The translations under genes were made by a program, and so were the position numbers. Source: an uncultured Candidatus Rokubacteria bacterium (GTDB lineage: Bacteria; Methylomirabilota; Methylomirabilia; Rokubacteriales; DASRDR01). From it: a stretch of 64,000 nucleotides of DNA. The DNA is taken from the NCBI GenBank assembly GCA_963708025.1, contig CAVPSB010000031.1:192001-256000 (forward strand). The letters are read 5' to 3'. The notes beneath the pieces are model-generated. The model was not told where the DNA came from. It made no database searches and saw only the letters and a program-made list of their open reading frames with translations. Positions 16,504-26,345 of the stretch are shown here, one piece after another. Positions within the stretch are counted from its first letter, which is position 1, and each line of letters begins with the position of its first letter.

Positions 16504-19254
16504 TCACTCGTCGGCGAGCGCGCTGCGGAGATCGAGCGAGACGATCCGGACGACGTCCTCGTCGCTCATCTCGGTGACGAGGGTCTCGCCGCCCGCCTCC
16601 AGGAGATCGGCCGCCAGTCCCTTCTTCTGCTCGATCAGCGAATCGATCCGCTCCTCGACGGTCCCGCGGCAGACGAACTTGTGGACCACGACGTTCCGCC
16701 GCTGGCCGATCCGGAAGGCGCGGTCGGTCGCCTGGCTCTCGACCGCGGGATTCCACCAGCGGTCGAAGTGGATCACCTGGGAGGCGGCCGTCAGGTTGAG
16801 CCCGGTTCCGCCGGCCCGGAGGGACAGCACGAAGAACGGGACGGTCTCGTCGGCCTGGAAGCGCTCGACGAGGGCCATCCGATCCTTCACCGGAGTCTGG
16901 CCGTGGAGCACCAGGCCGGCCCGGCCGAAGACCCGGCCCAGGTGCTGCGAGAGCGGGCCGGTCATCTCGCGGAACTGGGTGAACACGAGCACCTTCTCCT
17001 GACGGAGCGACAGCTCCTCGCCGAGCTCGGCCAGCCGGGCGAACTTCCCGCTCTCGTCGGGCGCGTAGGCGCCGTCGCCGAGCCACTGCGAGGGGTGGTT
17101 GCAGATCTGCTTGAGGCGCAGGAGGAGCGCCAGGATCGTGCCGCGCCGCTCCATCCCGTCCAGGGCCCGGAGCCGCCGCTCGAGCTCCTCCACCGCCTGC
17201 TGGTAGAGGACGGCCTGCTTCCGGGTGAGCGGGCAGTAGGCGCGCACCTCGGTCTTGTCGGGCAGGTCGGTGATGACCTGGCGGTCGGTCTTGAGCCGGC
17301 GCAGGATGTAGGGGCGCACCAGCGCCCGGAGCGGCCCGTAATGATGGTCCCCCCCCGCCGCCAGCTCCCGGGTGACCCGGGTGAACGCGCGGGCGCTCCC
17401 GAGGAGTCCGGGGTTCAGGAAGTCGAACAGCGACCAGAGATCGGAGAGCCGGTTCTCGATCGGCGTGCCCGTCAGCGCCACCCGCGCCCGGCTCCGGAGC
17501 CGCTTGACCGCCCGGGCCTGCTTGGCCGAGGGATTCTTGATCGCCTGGGCCTCGTCGAGCACCAGCAGGTCCCACTCGACCTCGCCGACCCAGGGAAGCC
17601 GCGGGACCTGGCCATACGTGGTGATCGCAAGGTCGACGCCGGCGAGCTCTTCGGCCGCCAGCGCGGCCAGCTCCCGGCCCGGCCGCTCCGACGGGTGGGC
17701 CACGAGCACCTCGAGATCGGGCGCGAACCGCCCGATCTCCTGCTGCCAGTTGGCGATCAAGGACGCCGGCACCACGAGGAGGCTCGGCCGCCGGCGATCC
17801 GCGCCGCCCGGGCCCTCGGCGGGGCGAGGAGCGTTCCCGGCTTTCAGGAGCAGGAGCAGGCCCAGCACCTGGACGGTCTTCCCCAGTCCCATGTCGTCGG
17901 CCAGGCAGGCGCCCAGGCCGAGGCGAGAGAGAAGCCAGAGCCAGCGGACCCCGATCTCCTGGTAGGGACGGAGCGTCGTCCGGAGGGCCGCGCCCGGATC
18001 GGCGGCGGCCAGCACCTCGGGGCGGCGCAGGCGCTCGAGCGTCGCCGCGAGCCACTCCCCCGCGACCACCCGGGACCAGTCGTCCCCGCGCTCCGGCGCC
18101 GCCGGCTCTCCATCGGAGAGTGCCGTCCCGGCCAGAAGCCGCATCGCCTCCCGGAAGGAGAGGCCTTCGCGGGCGGCGCTTCGCGCCCTCTCCCAGTGGG
18201 CGAGGACCTGGCGGAGCTTCTCCCGGTCCAGCTCCACCCACTTCCCTCGCACGAGGGCGAGCCCGCTGGCGCCAGCGAGGATCTCTCGCCACTCCGCGTC
18301 GGAGATGGCCTCGCCCTCGAGCGTGAGGGCGACCGAGAAGTCGAGGAGCGCGTCCAGTCCGAGAGTGGAGGGCGGCTTGCCGCCGACGGTGACGCTGACC
18401 TCGAGCCGCCGCGGTCGATCCGGCTTCCACCAGTCGGGCACCCGGACCATGACGCCGGCCGCTTCGAAGACCGGCACGTCCTGGAGGAAGCGGTGGGCCT
18501 CGCGGGGCGTCCAGGCGAGCGGCTGGAAGATGTCGCCCGCGTCCACCAGGTCCTTGAGCAGGGGGCTGGTCGCGGCGGCGCGGTCGACCGGCGCCAGCAG
18601 GGACAGGAGCGCCGCCCGGTCCCCTTGGAGCGTCCGGAGCGCCTGGCCGAGGGGCTGATGCTGCGGCCGGCCCTGGGCGGAGAGCCGGGTCGTGTAGGTG
18701 GCGAGGAAGCCGAAGGGATGGTCGCCGTCGTGCTTGTTCTCCGCCAGGTGGAAGTAGACCCGCCCGACCAGGTTCCAGACGGGGTTCCTGGCCTGCAGGT
18801 AGGCCTGGACGCTTCCCCGATGATGGCGGATCTCTTCGCGGAAGAACGCCTCGAGCTCCGCCCACCAGGCCCGGAGGCGGGCCGCATCCAGGTACTCCCC
18901 TCCGGCCAGCGGCGGCGCTTCGCCGGCGAGCCGGTCGAGCTCGCCCGGTGGGGTCGGCGACGTCCACCTGGCCGCGCCGCTCCTCGAGGTCGCCGATGCC
19001 GCAGAGCCGGGTGACGAAGAGCCGGGCGAAGTCCCGGAAGAATCCCAGCGCCGGCGGAAGCGGGGTGGAGACCTCGACGGCACCGAGGTGGAAGAGCCCG
19101 GCTGCCGGCCCGCGGGCGAAGGCGGCCCCGATCGCCTCGGCCGGCCTCGGGTCGAGCGGTGACGCGTCCGGGCTTGCCAGGAGGCGGAGCCGTCCCGACG
19201 GTGAGACCGCGAGCGTGAGCCGTCGCTCGATCGAGGAGTCGCGCGCCGTGTCAC
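16504..19254 (-). CDS. SNF2-family DEAD/DEAH helicase/ATPase (frameshift near 18950; start uncertain)
   Basis: LRPYQ, LADDMGLGKT, DEAQAIKN, LTGTPIEN, FDRWWNPAVE.QATDRAFRIGQ. The N-terminal ~100 codons (LAVSPSGRL...GLFHLGA) lie in another frame. Confidence 0.92.
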   Translation of the reverse strand: MTRRATPRSSDGSRSRSHRRDGSASWQARTRHRSTRGRPRRSGPPSPAGRQPGSSTSVPSRSPPRFRRRWDSSGTSPGSSSPGSAASATSRSGAARWTSPTPPGELDRLAGEAPPLAGGEYLDAARLRAWWAELEAFFREEIRHHRGSVQAYLQARNPVWNLVGRVYFHLAENKHDGDHPFGFLATYTTRLSAQGRPQHQPLGQALRTLQGDRAALLSLLAPVDRAAATSPLLKDLVDAGDIFQPLAWTPREAHRFLQDVPVFEAAGVMVRVPDWWKPDRPRRLEVSVTVGGKPPSTLGLDALLDFSVALTLEGEAISDAEWREILAGASGLALVRGKWVELDREKLRQVLAHWERARSAAREGLSFREAMRLLAGTALSDGEPAAPERGDDWSRVVAGEWLAATLERLRRPEVLAAADPGAALRTTLRPYQEIGVRWLWLLSRLGLGACLADDMGLGKTVQVLGLLLLLKAGNAPRPAEGPGGADRRRPSLLVVPASLIANWQQEIGRFAPDLEVLVAHPSERPGRELAALAAEELAGVDLAITTYGQVPRLPWVGEVEWDLLVLDEAQAIKNPSAKQARAVKRLRSRARVALTGTPIENRLSDLWSLFDFLNPGLLGSARAFTRVTRELAAGGDHHYGPLRALVRPYILRRLKTDRQVITDLPDKTEVRAYCPLTRKQAVLYQQAVEELERRLRALDGMERRGTILALLLRLKQICNHPSQWLGDGAYAPDESGKFARLAELGEELSLRQEKVLVFTQFREMTGPLSQHLGRVFGRAGLVLHGQTPVKDRMALVERFQADETVPFFVLSLRAGGTGLNLTAASQVIHFDRWWNPAVESQATDRAFRIGQRRNVVVHKFVCRGTVEERIDSLIEQKKGLAADLLEAGGETLVTEMSDEDVVRIVSLDLRSALADE

Positions 19255-19495
19255 CGGCCCCGGTGGCGAGCGGGGCTCGGTCCGCTGGCGGCTGGTGGTC
19301 GCGACGTCGGTGTCACGCCGGGACGGCGTTCCACGACGCTGAGCCTCGCTCCCACCCCACGGGTCGAAGATGTAGCGCGACTGGCCGGGCTCGTCAAGAG
19401 CAGAGTGGCGGCGACCGGCACGCCCGACAGTCCATTAGCCCTAAACGGCGAATACAGCACCTTCATCAGCGGTCCGAGAGCCGCTCCTACTCCAC

Positions 19496-19592
19496 TCCCT
19501 CTCCCTTCCAGGGAGAGGGTCGGGGTGAGGGTCGATAGGGGGCGTGGCTTCCCCCTCCCCCTCACCCTCTCCCCCAGAGGGGGAGAGGGAAA
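19496..19592. repeat. BoxC-like palindromic repeat pair
   Basis: CCCTCTCCC-TTCCA-GGGAGAGGG-TCGGGGTGAGGG and CCCTCACCCTCTCCCC-CAGA-GGGGAGAGGG. Confidence 0.7.
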
Positions 19593-19637
19593 GAGGGTGC
19601 AGCCCGCGCCGGATAATCGCCGATTGGGGTTAGATTA

Positions 19638-19838
19638 GCCGAGGCGACCCTCATCACCCGGCGCGAGGAGACGGCGGCGATGCGGGCGCAGGCCAACACC
19701 GCGCGCCTGCTCGAGACCACGCCGCTGCTCATGCGGCTCCGGGAGCTGGAGGTCCTGGAGAAGGTCGCCGACAAGGCGAACCTGACGGTGGTCCTCGGGG
19801 AGGGTGGCCTCGCCGACCGCGTGGTGAAGCTCTTGTAG
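19638..19838 (+). pseudogene. C-terminal remnant of an SPFH/slipin family protein
   Basis: AEATLITRREETAAMRAQANTARLLETTPLLMRLRELEVLEKV...*. The N-terminal domain is missing. Confidence 0.7.
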
Positions 19839-19919
19839 GGCCCGGCGGGGAGGGGCGGCGCACGTCGCCGCTCCCCGCCGGGTGGGGGCCGGTTGACCGG
19901 AGTGTCAACCCCGGCGAGA

Positions 19920-20501
19920 ATGCCGCCCGTGCCGCGCAGCGACGACGTCCACGAGCTGCCCCGAGACCTCCCGGTGCCGGCCGACGACGGCGCCTGCACC
20001 CATCTGCCCCGCCTGGCGCTGCCCGCGGTCGCGCTGCCCACCACCGCGGGCCGCCTCGTCAACCTCGCCGGACTCCCCGGCCGCACCGTCGTCTACGTCT
20101 ATCCACGCACCGGCCGGCCGGACCAGGACCCGCCCCCGGGCTGGAACGAGATCCCGGGCGCGCGCGGCTGCACGCCGCAGTCGTGCGCGTTCCGTGACCA
20201 CTACGCGGAGCTGACGGCGCTCGGGGCGCGGGTGTTCGGCCTCAGCACGCAGGACACGGAGTACCAGCGCGAGGCCGTCGAGCGGCTGCACCTGCCGTTC
20301 GAGCTGCTGAGCGACGACCGGCTTCGCTTCGCGCGCACGCTCAGGCTGCCCACGTTCGAGGTCGAGGGCATGACCCTGATCAAGCGGCTCACGCTGATCG
20401 TCAACGGCGGGCGCATCGCGAAGGCGTTCTACCCGGTCTTCCCGCCGGACCGGAACGCCGGCGACGTGGTCGCCTGGCTGGCGGCTCGGCCCGGGTCATA
20501 G
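19920..20501 (+). CDS. Peroxiredoxin (BCP/AhpC-TSA-like)
   Basis: VVYVYPRTG...GARGCTPQSCAFRD, LPFELLSD, YPVFPPD. Confidence 0.88.
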   Translation: MPPVPRSDDVHELPRDLPVPADDGACTHLPRLALPAVALPTTAGRLVNLAGLPGRTVVYVYPRTGRPDQDPPPGWNEIPGARGCTPQSCAFRDHYAELTALGARVFGLSTQDTEYQREAVERLHLPFELLSDDRLRFARTLRLPTFEVEGMTLIKRLTLIVNGGRIAKAFYPVFPPDRNAGDVVAWLAARPGS

Positions 20502-20689
20502 CCGCCGATTCGCACCGCACACCAGCTCGCGCTGGCGAGCCCCTCCGTCGGCAGCCTCCACTCATCGACGTCCTCCACGGAGTCCTGACCAGGTCCGAGC
20601 TACATGAATGCCCTCACGGAGGCTTTCGCGGACCGCATCCGGCCGCCTCGACCGACCCCCCGCGATCCACCCGCATCGACAACCGGACC

Positions 20690-20868
20690 GTCACGGCGTT
20701 CTTGCACCTCTCCCTCGGCGGGCGCCGGCCACGGATCGCGGTGTACGTGCGACCCCGCGGCCGCCTCGGCCGGTGGTATCTACGCGCCATCGAGCCCTTC
20801 CGCCGGCCATCGTCTACCCGAGCCTCGTGGCCGCCGGCCGGCGAGCCGTGCGGCGTCTCGCCGGCTGA
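20690..20868 (+). pseudogene. Degraded C-terminal fragment of a DUF2867-like protein
   Basis: HGVLHL...AVYVRPRGRLGRWYLRAIEPFRR/AIVYPSL, with a frameshift. Confidence 0.5.
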
Positions 20869-20940
20869 GCGCCGCGCCGGCGAGCTCGGCGCGGGCCCGG
20901 GTGTCGTCGAACGTCCGGACCGCGCGCCCGCGCCGGCCGA

Positions 20941-21735
20941 TCACGCCGGGCCGGTTGGCGCCGCGGTCGCGCGGTCCTCGATCTCCCACGCGTGATCGAG
21001 CGCGTGCCAGGCCGACCGGCGCACGGCATAGCGCGGGGTCCACACGGCGCCGGCGCGGCGGGTCAGCAGGAGCGGTCTGCCGCCGTGCACGCGCGATGCG
21101 AGCGCCTCGAGGATGGCTCGGCGGACCCCGGCCAGCTCGGCCGCCGGGTCGGCGTCCCGAGTCTTGCCGTATCGGCCCCCGAGCCGGACGAGATAGGCCT
21201 TGTCGGCCTCCAGCACGTGACGGACGATCGCATCGAGCTCGCGGCCACCTCCGCGCGGCCCCTTCCGGAGCGTTGCACCGACCGCCGCCTCGGCGGCCCG
21301 ATCGAGCTTCGCCCAGCACGCCCGCAGCACCAGGGCGAGCCGTTCGGCCTCGGAGTCGTCGAGCCGGCGCGCGTCGCGCGCCGGCGGCACCCCGGGCGCG
21401 CCGAAGTCGGTGGTGGCGTTACCCGCGAGCCGCTCGACCACCTCGAAGGCGGATGCGTCGCGGGGCGCCGTCAACCCGAGCCGCGCCGGCCCGAGTGCCG
21501 CCGCGTAGCGCGGGCCGTAGGCGACGAGGGCCTGCAGCGCCGCGTCCGCGTCGCGCCCGCTCCGGCACCAGCCCGGCCAGTCGAGCGCTCCGGCGAAGAC
21601 CCGGCGGCGCCCCACCTCGAGGTAGACCTCGATTCTCGGCGCTGACCGACGGGGAGGGGACCGCCTCAGGGCGATCGGACTCCGCGTTCGGGCCGGGCGA
21701 GGGCCGGGACCGGCTGGGCCTATGCCTCGGGGCAT
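20941..21735 (-). CDS. Conserved hypothetical protein, DinB-like C-terminus (true start probably near 21640)
   Basis: ALDWPGWCRSG, ATTDFGAP, LRKGPRGGGR, WTPRYAVRRSAWHALDHAWEIEDR. Confidence 0.7.
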   Translation of the reverse strand: MPRGIGPAGPGPRPARTRSPIALRRSPPRRSAPRIEVYLEVGRRRVFAGALDWPGWCRSGRDADAALQALVAYGPRYAAALGPARLGLTAPRDASAFEVVERLAGNATTDFGAPGVPPARDARRLDDSEAERLALVLRACWAKLDRAAEAAVGATLRKGPRGGGRELDAIVRHVLEADKAYLVRLGGRYGKTRDADPAAELAGVRRAILEALASRVHGGRPLLLTRRAGAVWTPRYAVRRSAWHALDHAWEIEDRATAAPTGPA

Positions 21736-21771
21736 CTCCGGATGCGCCGTCTCCGGCGGGACACCCGTTCC

Positions 21772-21965
21772 CTAGGTGGTCGCGGCATCGGTCCCCTCAC
21801 GGAGGGTGGTGGTCTGATCGCCGACCCGGACCGCGGCGTCCCAGGTGATCTGGATGGCGTCCTTCACGCTCTGGTGGGCCGGGCAGCCCTGGACGTGAAG
21901 GGCCAGGGCGCGCGCGGTGGCGTCGCGGGCATCGGGCGGCACCGCCAGGTCGTAGTGAAATGGAG
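21772..21965 (-). pseudogene. C-terminal fragment of an OsmC-like protein
   Basis: HYDLAVP...RALALHVQGCPAHQSVKDAIQITW resembles the OsmC CP motif. The N-terminal half is absent. Confidence 0.5.
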
Positions 21966-22048
21966 GGCGACATGGGTCTCTCCAGCCGGACCGGGCGGTG
22001 CCGCCGCCCATGCATGACCGCTCCCGGGAACCGCGCGAACCCGTTCCG

Positions 22049-23257
22049 TCAAGGCGTCTCCGGGCCCCGGGCCGGCCACCAGGTTCCGGCCGCCAGCGCG
22101 GCGCCGGCGAGCGCCGCGAGGGCGCTGAAGATCCCGAGGCTGCCGAAGCCGTGGTGGGTGATCAGCCAGCCGCCGAGGGCGGTGGCCCCGAGCCAGCCGA
22201 CGCTCCCGGTCGTGATGTTGAGCCCCAGGATCGCCCCGCGGGCCTCGCTCGAGACCTCGCTCAGCGCGGCCATCAGGGACGGCCGCCCCACCGCGTTGGC
22301 GAGCGAGTAGGCGAAGCCCAGGGCAACCGAGACGCCGAGCCCGGGCCGCCAGAGCATGAGGGGGAGCGCCAGCGTCGCGGTGAGCACCGCCGAGGCGGCG
22401 TAGGAGAGCGGCCGGGCCGGAAGCCGGTCGGCCACCTGACCGCCGAGGATGTTGCCGACCAGGTTGCCCAGGGCGATGAGGGCCAGCGCCACGGCGAGCG
22501 CCGAGAGGCTGACGCCGTAGACGGTCAGCAGGTACGTCGCCAGGTACACCGCCATGCCCGAGAAGCAGGCGCGCTCCATGGCGGAGGCGGCCAGGAGGGC
22601 CACCAGCCGCGGGGTGAGGAGGCGCGCGACGGAGACCCGCGGCCGCGACCCGGCCGGGCGGCGGGACGCGGCGGGGGGCACCACGAGCCAGACGGCGACC
22701 GCCGTGAGGAGCGTCGCGGCGGCCTGGATGCCGATGCTGCCCCGCCAGCCGGCGAACACCCCAAGGAAGGTGTAGAGGGGCGTGCCGAGCACCAGCGAGA
22801 GCGACTGGCCCGTGAGGACCCAGCCGAGCGCGCGCCCCCGGGCGGCCGCCGGCACGCGGTCCGAGACGGCGGCGAAGACGGTCCCCATGAAGGCCCCGCC
22901 GCCCAGGCCGGCGGCGAACTGCCAGGCGGCGGCGGTGCCGTAGCTCCCGGCCAGGGCCAGGCCGCCTCGCGCGGCTGCCAGCGCCAGGACCCCGCCGACG
23001 AGGATCGGCCGGCGGCCGAGGCGGTCGGAGGCCGAGCCGGCCATGAGCGACATGACCCCCCAGGCGGCGCTGAGGAGCCCCACGAGGTTGCCGACCGCGG
23101 CCAGCTCGGCCCCGAGGTCGCGGGCCATGTCGAGGAGGAAGGGGGCGACCGAGGTCGAGGCGCCCGAGACGAGGAAGGTCGTCCAGATGAGCGTGCCGAG
23201 GAGCGTCGCGGCCCCGCGGGGCCGCGACGCCGCCGGTGGGTCGGGGGAAGCCGTCAA
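22049..23257 (-). CDS. MFS transporter (start uncertain)
   Basis: GSASDRLGRRPIL motif A, GQVADRL, about 12 TM segments. Confidence 0.88.
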   Translation of the reverse strand: MTASPDPPAASRPRGAATLLGTLIWTTFLVSGASTSVAPFLLDMARDLGAELAAVGNLVGLLSAAWGVMSLMAGSASDRLGRRPILVGGVLALAAARGGLALAGSYGTAAAWQFAAGLGGGAFMGTVFAAVSDRVPAAARGRALGWVLTGQSLSLVLGTPLYTFLGVFAGWRGSIGIQAAATLLTAVAVWLVVPPAASRRPAGSRPRVSVARLLTPRLVALLAASAMERACFSGMAVYLATYLLTVYGVSLSALAVALALIALGNLVGNILGGQVADRLPARPLSYAASAVLTATLALPLMLWRPGLGVSVALGFAYSLANAVGRPSLMAALSEVSSEARGAILGLNITTGSVGWLGATALGGWLITHHGFGSLGIFSALAALAGAALAAGTWWPARGPETP

Positions 23258-23387
23258 CGCGGGGCTGGCCCCGGCGGCCGGACCCTCGGGCGGGAAAGGG
23301 CGCCGGCCATGCCGGCAGTGTAGCATCGGGAGACTGCCGGGGCGGGATTGACCCCCCGAGCGCGCGTCGCGTACTGTCGGCACGAGA

Positions 23388-24050
23388 ATGAAGCTCCTGC
23401 GACGGATGGCGGCGCGCCTGGGGTTCGAGCCCGGGCGGCGCGCACTGCGCCGGGCGTTCGTTCAGATCTATCGGACCCGGGCCTGGCCCGACCCGGAGTC
23501 CGTGTCCGGACCGGGGTCGGGCGTGGCCCGGACGGCGCTCATCCGCGCCGACCTGCAGGCCCTGCTCCGGGAGCTCCAGGTCCGGTCGCTGCTCGACGCT
23601 GGCTGCGGCGACTTCAACTGGATGAAGGAGACCGAGCTGCCCGGGTGTCGCTACGTCGGGGTCAACGTGGTCCCGGAGCTGATCGCCCGGAATCGCGTGC
23701 GGCATGGCGGCGCCGGGCGCGAGTTTCGGACGGCCGACATCGCCCGGGACCGGCTCCCCGCGGTCAACCTGATCCTCTGCCGGGACTGCCTGGTGCACCT
23801 CTCCCTCGACGACGCGCTCCGGGCCCTGGCCAACTTCAGGCGGAGCGGATCGCGCTACCTCCTGGCGACCACGTTCGTCGAAGGGGCCGAAAACCCGGAC
23901 ATCGCGACCGGCGACTGGCGTCCGCTGAACCTGGAGCGACCACCGTTCGGGTTGCCCGCGCCGCTCCGGGCCATCGACGAGCGCGTCCCCGTCGAGCACG
24001 GCCCGTACCCCGACAAGCGACTGGCCCTGTGGCGGCTCGGCCAGTCCTGA
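23388..24050 (+). CDS. Class I SAM-dependent methyltransferase
   Basis: ESVSGPGS, LLDAGCGDFNWM, LILCRDCLVHL. Confidence 0.85.
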   Translation: MKLLRRMAARLGFEPGRRALRRAFVQIYRTRAWPDPESVSGPGSGVARTALIRADLQALLRELQVRSLLDAGCGDFNWMKETELPGCRYVGVNVVPELIARNRVRHGGAGREFRTADIARDRLPAVNLILCRDCLVHLSLDDALRALANFRRSGSRYLLATTFVEGAENPDIATGDWRPLNLERPPFGLPAPLRAIDERVPVEHGPYPDKRLALWRLGQS

Positions 24051-24169
24051 CGATCCGCGACCAAGCGGCTTCCCGGGCTGGCTTGACGCTCGCAGGCCGG
24101 CCGGGTAGATTGGCCACGGAATCGGCGGCCGGCGGTCCCGCCGCCACGTCCCAGCCTGAGGAGGCAACC

Positions 24170-24847
24170 ATGAAGCGGATCACAATACTAGGCATCTGCA
24201 TCGTCCTCGGGGCCCTGGTGCTGCCCCTTCTCGCCGGTGCCCAGACGACGACCTCCAACGCCCGGGTCGGCGTCCTGGCGGGGTCGATCCCACCCGACGC
24301 GAAGGTCGGGTTGCTGGTTGGCACCCTTCCGCCGAACGCCACGGTCGGGAGCCTGGCCGGCACCCTCCCGCCGAACGCCACGGTCGGCAACCTGGTGGGC
24401 GCGCTCCCGCCGAATGCCCGGCTCGGCGTCCTGATCGGGGTGATTCCGCTGGACGCGCATGTGGGCATGCTGAGGGACACCGTTGCCCCGGGGGTGCCAA
24501 TCGGCCTGACAACCCCGGGATTCAAGCCAAGCACGGCACTGGGTGAGCCGCTGCCGGCCGACCTGGCGGGGGCTCTCGAGGCCCAGGCGAAGACCTACCT
24601 CACCGATCACGCGTTCGCCAACACTGAGGAGCGCCTGAACCAGTCGGAGGGGCTCGAGGAGCGGCGTCTCGGTCGGGACAGTCCGGCGATGGCGGACCTG
24701 CTCGATTCCCATGCGGCCCTGCTCCGGACCAAGGACCGGGACGACTCGGCGTCGAAGCTGGAGGACCGCGCCAAGGCGATCCGGAAGCAGAACGAAGAGG
24801 CGCGCCGCCCCGCGCCGAGCCTGGCCGAGCAACTCGGGCTACGATGA
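24170..24847 (+). CDS. Secreted hypothetical protein with 13-aa tandem repeats and a TPR-like C-terminus
   Basis: Signal peptide MKRITILG...AGA, six NAxVGxLxGxLPP-like units. GAGGAGG RBS. Confidence 0.75.
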   Translation: MKRITILGICIVLGALVLPLLAGAQTTTSNARVGVLAGSIPPDAKVGLLVGTLPPNATVGSLAGTLPPNATVGNLVGALPPNARLGVLIGVIPLDAHVGMLRDTVAPGVPIGLTTPGFKPSTALGEPLPADLAGALEAQAKTYLTDHAFANTEERLNQSEGLEERRLGRDSPAMADLLDSHAALLRTKDRDDSASKLEDRAKAIRKQNEEARRPAPSLAEQLGLR

Positions 24848-24932
24848 TGATGAGCTGGTCCAGAAGAAGATCATCCCGCAGGCCACCTACGACAAGATCA
24901 AGCACCTGATCATCGCGAAGCAGGGGTCCTGA
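24848..24932 (+). pseudogene. C-terminal remnant of a helix-hairpin-helix (ComEA-like) protein
   Basis: DELVQKKIIPQATYDKIKHLIIAKQGS*. Confidence 0.6.
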
Positions 24933-25004
24933 TCCCACGTCCGCGGTCGTGAGCACTCGGCGCCGCCGGACCCACCGGCGGCGTCGCGCTGCTTTCAGAC
25001 GCCG

Positions 25005-25619
25005 ATGCCCGATCTCCACGCGCTGATCCTCGACTACGGGGACGTGCTCTCGCGGCCCCAGCGCGATCGGTGTGTCCAGGCCATGGCCGACCGGCTCGGG
25101 GTGCCCGAGGATGCCTTCCGCGCGGCCTACCGGCAGCATCGCCGCCCCTACGATGCCGGGCTGCCCGCCGCCGACTACTGGCGGCGGGTGCTGGACTCAC
25201 TGGGCCGGAGCACCCTCGCCATGGACACCGTGGCCACCATCGAGTGGCTGATCGCGACCGACGTGGACTCCTGGACCGAATACCGGGAAGACACGTGGGC
25301 CCTGGCCCGGGAGTTCCGGGCCGGCGGCCGTCTGACCGCCTTCCTTTCGAATGGCATCCCGGAAGTCATGGCGCGCCTTCGCGCGGAGCGGGCCCTCGGG
25401 TCCTGCTTCGACGTCATCGTCGTGTCGAGCGAGGTCGGGCTGACCAAGCCGGATCCGCGGATCTTCGAGCTCTGCCTCGCCCGGCTGGGCGTGGACGCCG
25501 GCCGTGCGCTCTTCGTGGACGATCGGATCGAGAACGTCGAGGCCGCGGCCGGGGTCGGTCTCCGGACCCTCCACTTCACCGGGGACGAGTCGGTGGGGGC
25601 GCTGCGCGAACTCCTCTGA
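25005..25619 (+). CDS. HAD family phosphatase
   Basis: ILDYGDVL, LSNG, SSEVGLTKPDPRIF, FVDDRIENV. Confidence 0.9.
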   Translation: MPDLHALILDYGDVLSRPQRDRCVQAMADRLGVPEDAFRAAYRQHRRPYDAGLPAADYWRRVLDSLGRSTLAMDTVATIEWLIATDVDSWTEYREDTWALAREFRAGGRLTAFLSNGIPEVMARLRAERALGSCFDVIVVSSEVGLTKPDPRIFELCLARLGVDAGRALFVDDRIENVEAAAGVGLRTLHFTGDESVGALRELL

Positions 25620-25819
25620 GGTTGTGACGGGAGTCCGGTCGTCCGGCCCCCGTGGGTGGGGGGGGCGATCGGTTGGTGATCGGCCAGGCGGCCGACGCCG
25701 TGGCCACGATCTCACCACCCCCAGGCGCCAGGCCGGCGCCGCCGGACTGTAACCCCGCGTGCCGGTTGCGCCCGGCGGGTCCCGCCCCCTGGCACGATCC
25801 CTGCTCTCTCTCGACGGCG

Positions 25820-26103
25820 TGCGCTTGCCTCACCGCGTCATCATCGTCCGGCGTGACCAGCCGGCCGTGTTTCCAGGCCATCCTGAGCGGCCTTGGCGGG
25901 TGGCCGACGGGCACCTCGGTCATGTGGGACCGCCGGCCCGCATCGTGGAGTGGCGGCAGCCCGAGCGACGGGCGCCGGCCGAGTCGACGTGGCACACCCA
26001 CGGCTTCATCGTCGTGGAAATGGATCGGCTTCCCCCGGAGGCCGTCCGCCTTCAGCCGCTCACGTCGCCGGCGCTCGCCGCCGGCCGGCTGCTGCCCGTG
26101 TAA
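25820..26103 (+). pseudogene. Frameshifted small hypothetical protein (VxRDQP...DRR...ERR...GFIVV type)
   Basis: VIIVRRDQPAVF / QAILSG..WPTGTSVMWDRR / ERRAPAESTWHTHGFIVVE, pieced together across frames. Confidence 0.4.
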
Positions 26104-26123
26104 CCCGGGTGGAGGAAACCGAC

Positions 26124-26345
26124 ATGATGAGTTGGTTCCCCGAGGAGTTCTCCCTGGCGGCGACGCGAGCCGAGCTGGACCCGACGGATGCGCTGCCTCC
26201 ACGCTCCCTGCTCGACGACGATGCGGACGATCGTGACGAGGTGGGCGACCCGTCGTGGGAAGCGGTCCCGCCCGACACGCGCGTCCTGCACTGGACCCAG
26301 GCCCTGCTGGAGGCCTGCCAGGGCTCACGTCCCGCCGGGGACTGA
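26124..26345 (+). CDS. Small acidic hypothetical protein
   Basis: GGAGG RBS 8 nt before ATG; 73 aa. Confidence 0.45.
   Translation: MMSWFPEEFSLAATRAELDPTDALPPRSLLDDDADDRDEVGDPSWEAVPPDTRVLHWTQALLEACQGSRPAGD

Noticed and set aside
13440-19600. Integrative element or prophage boundaries around the TA/SNF2 region
   Set aside because: No integrase, transposase, tRNA target or direct repeats were found.
21772-22011. OsmC-like ORF as a second selenoprotein
   Set aside because: No in-frame TGA with upstream OsmC-like sequence; the N-terminal half is simply missing.
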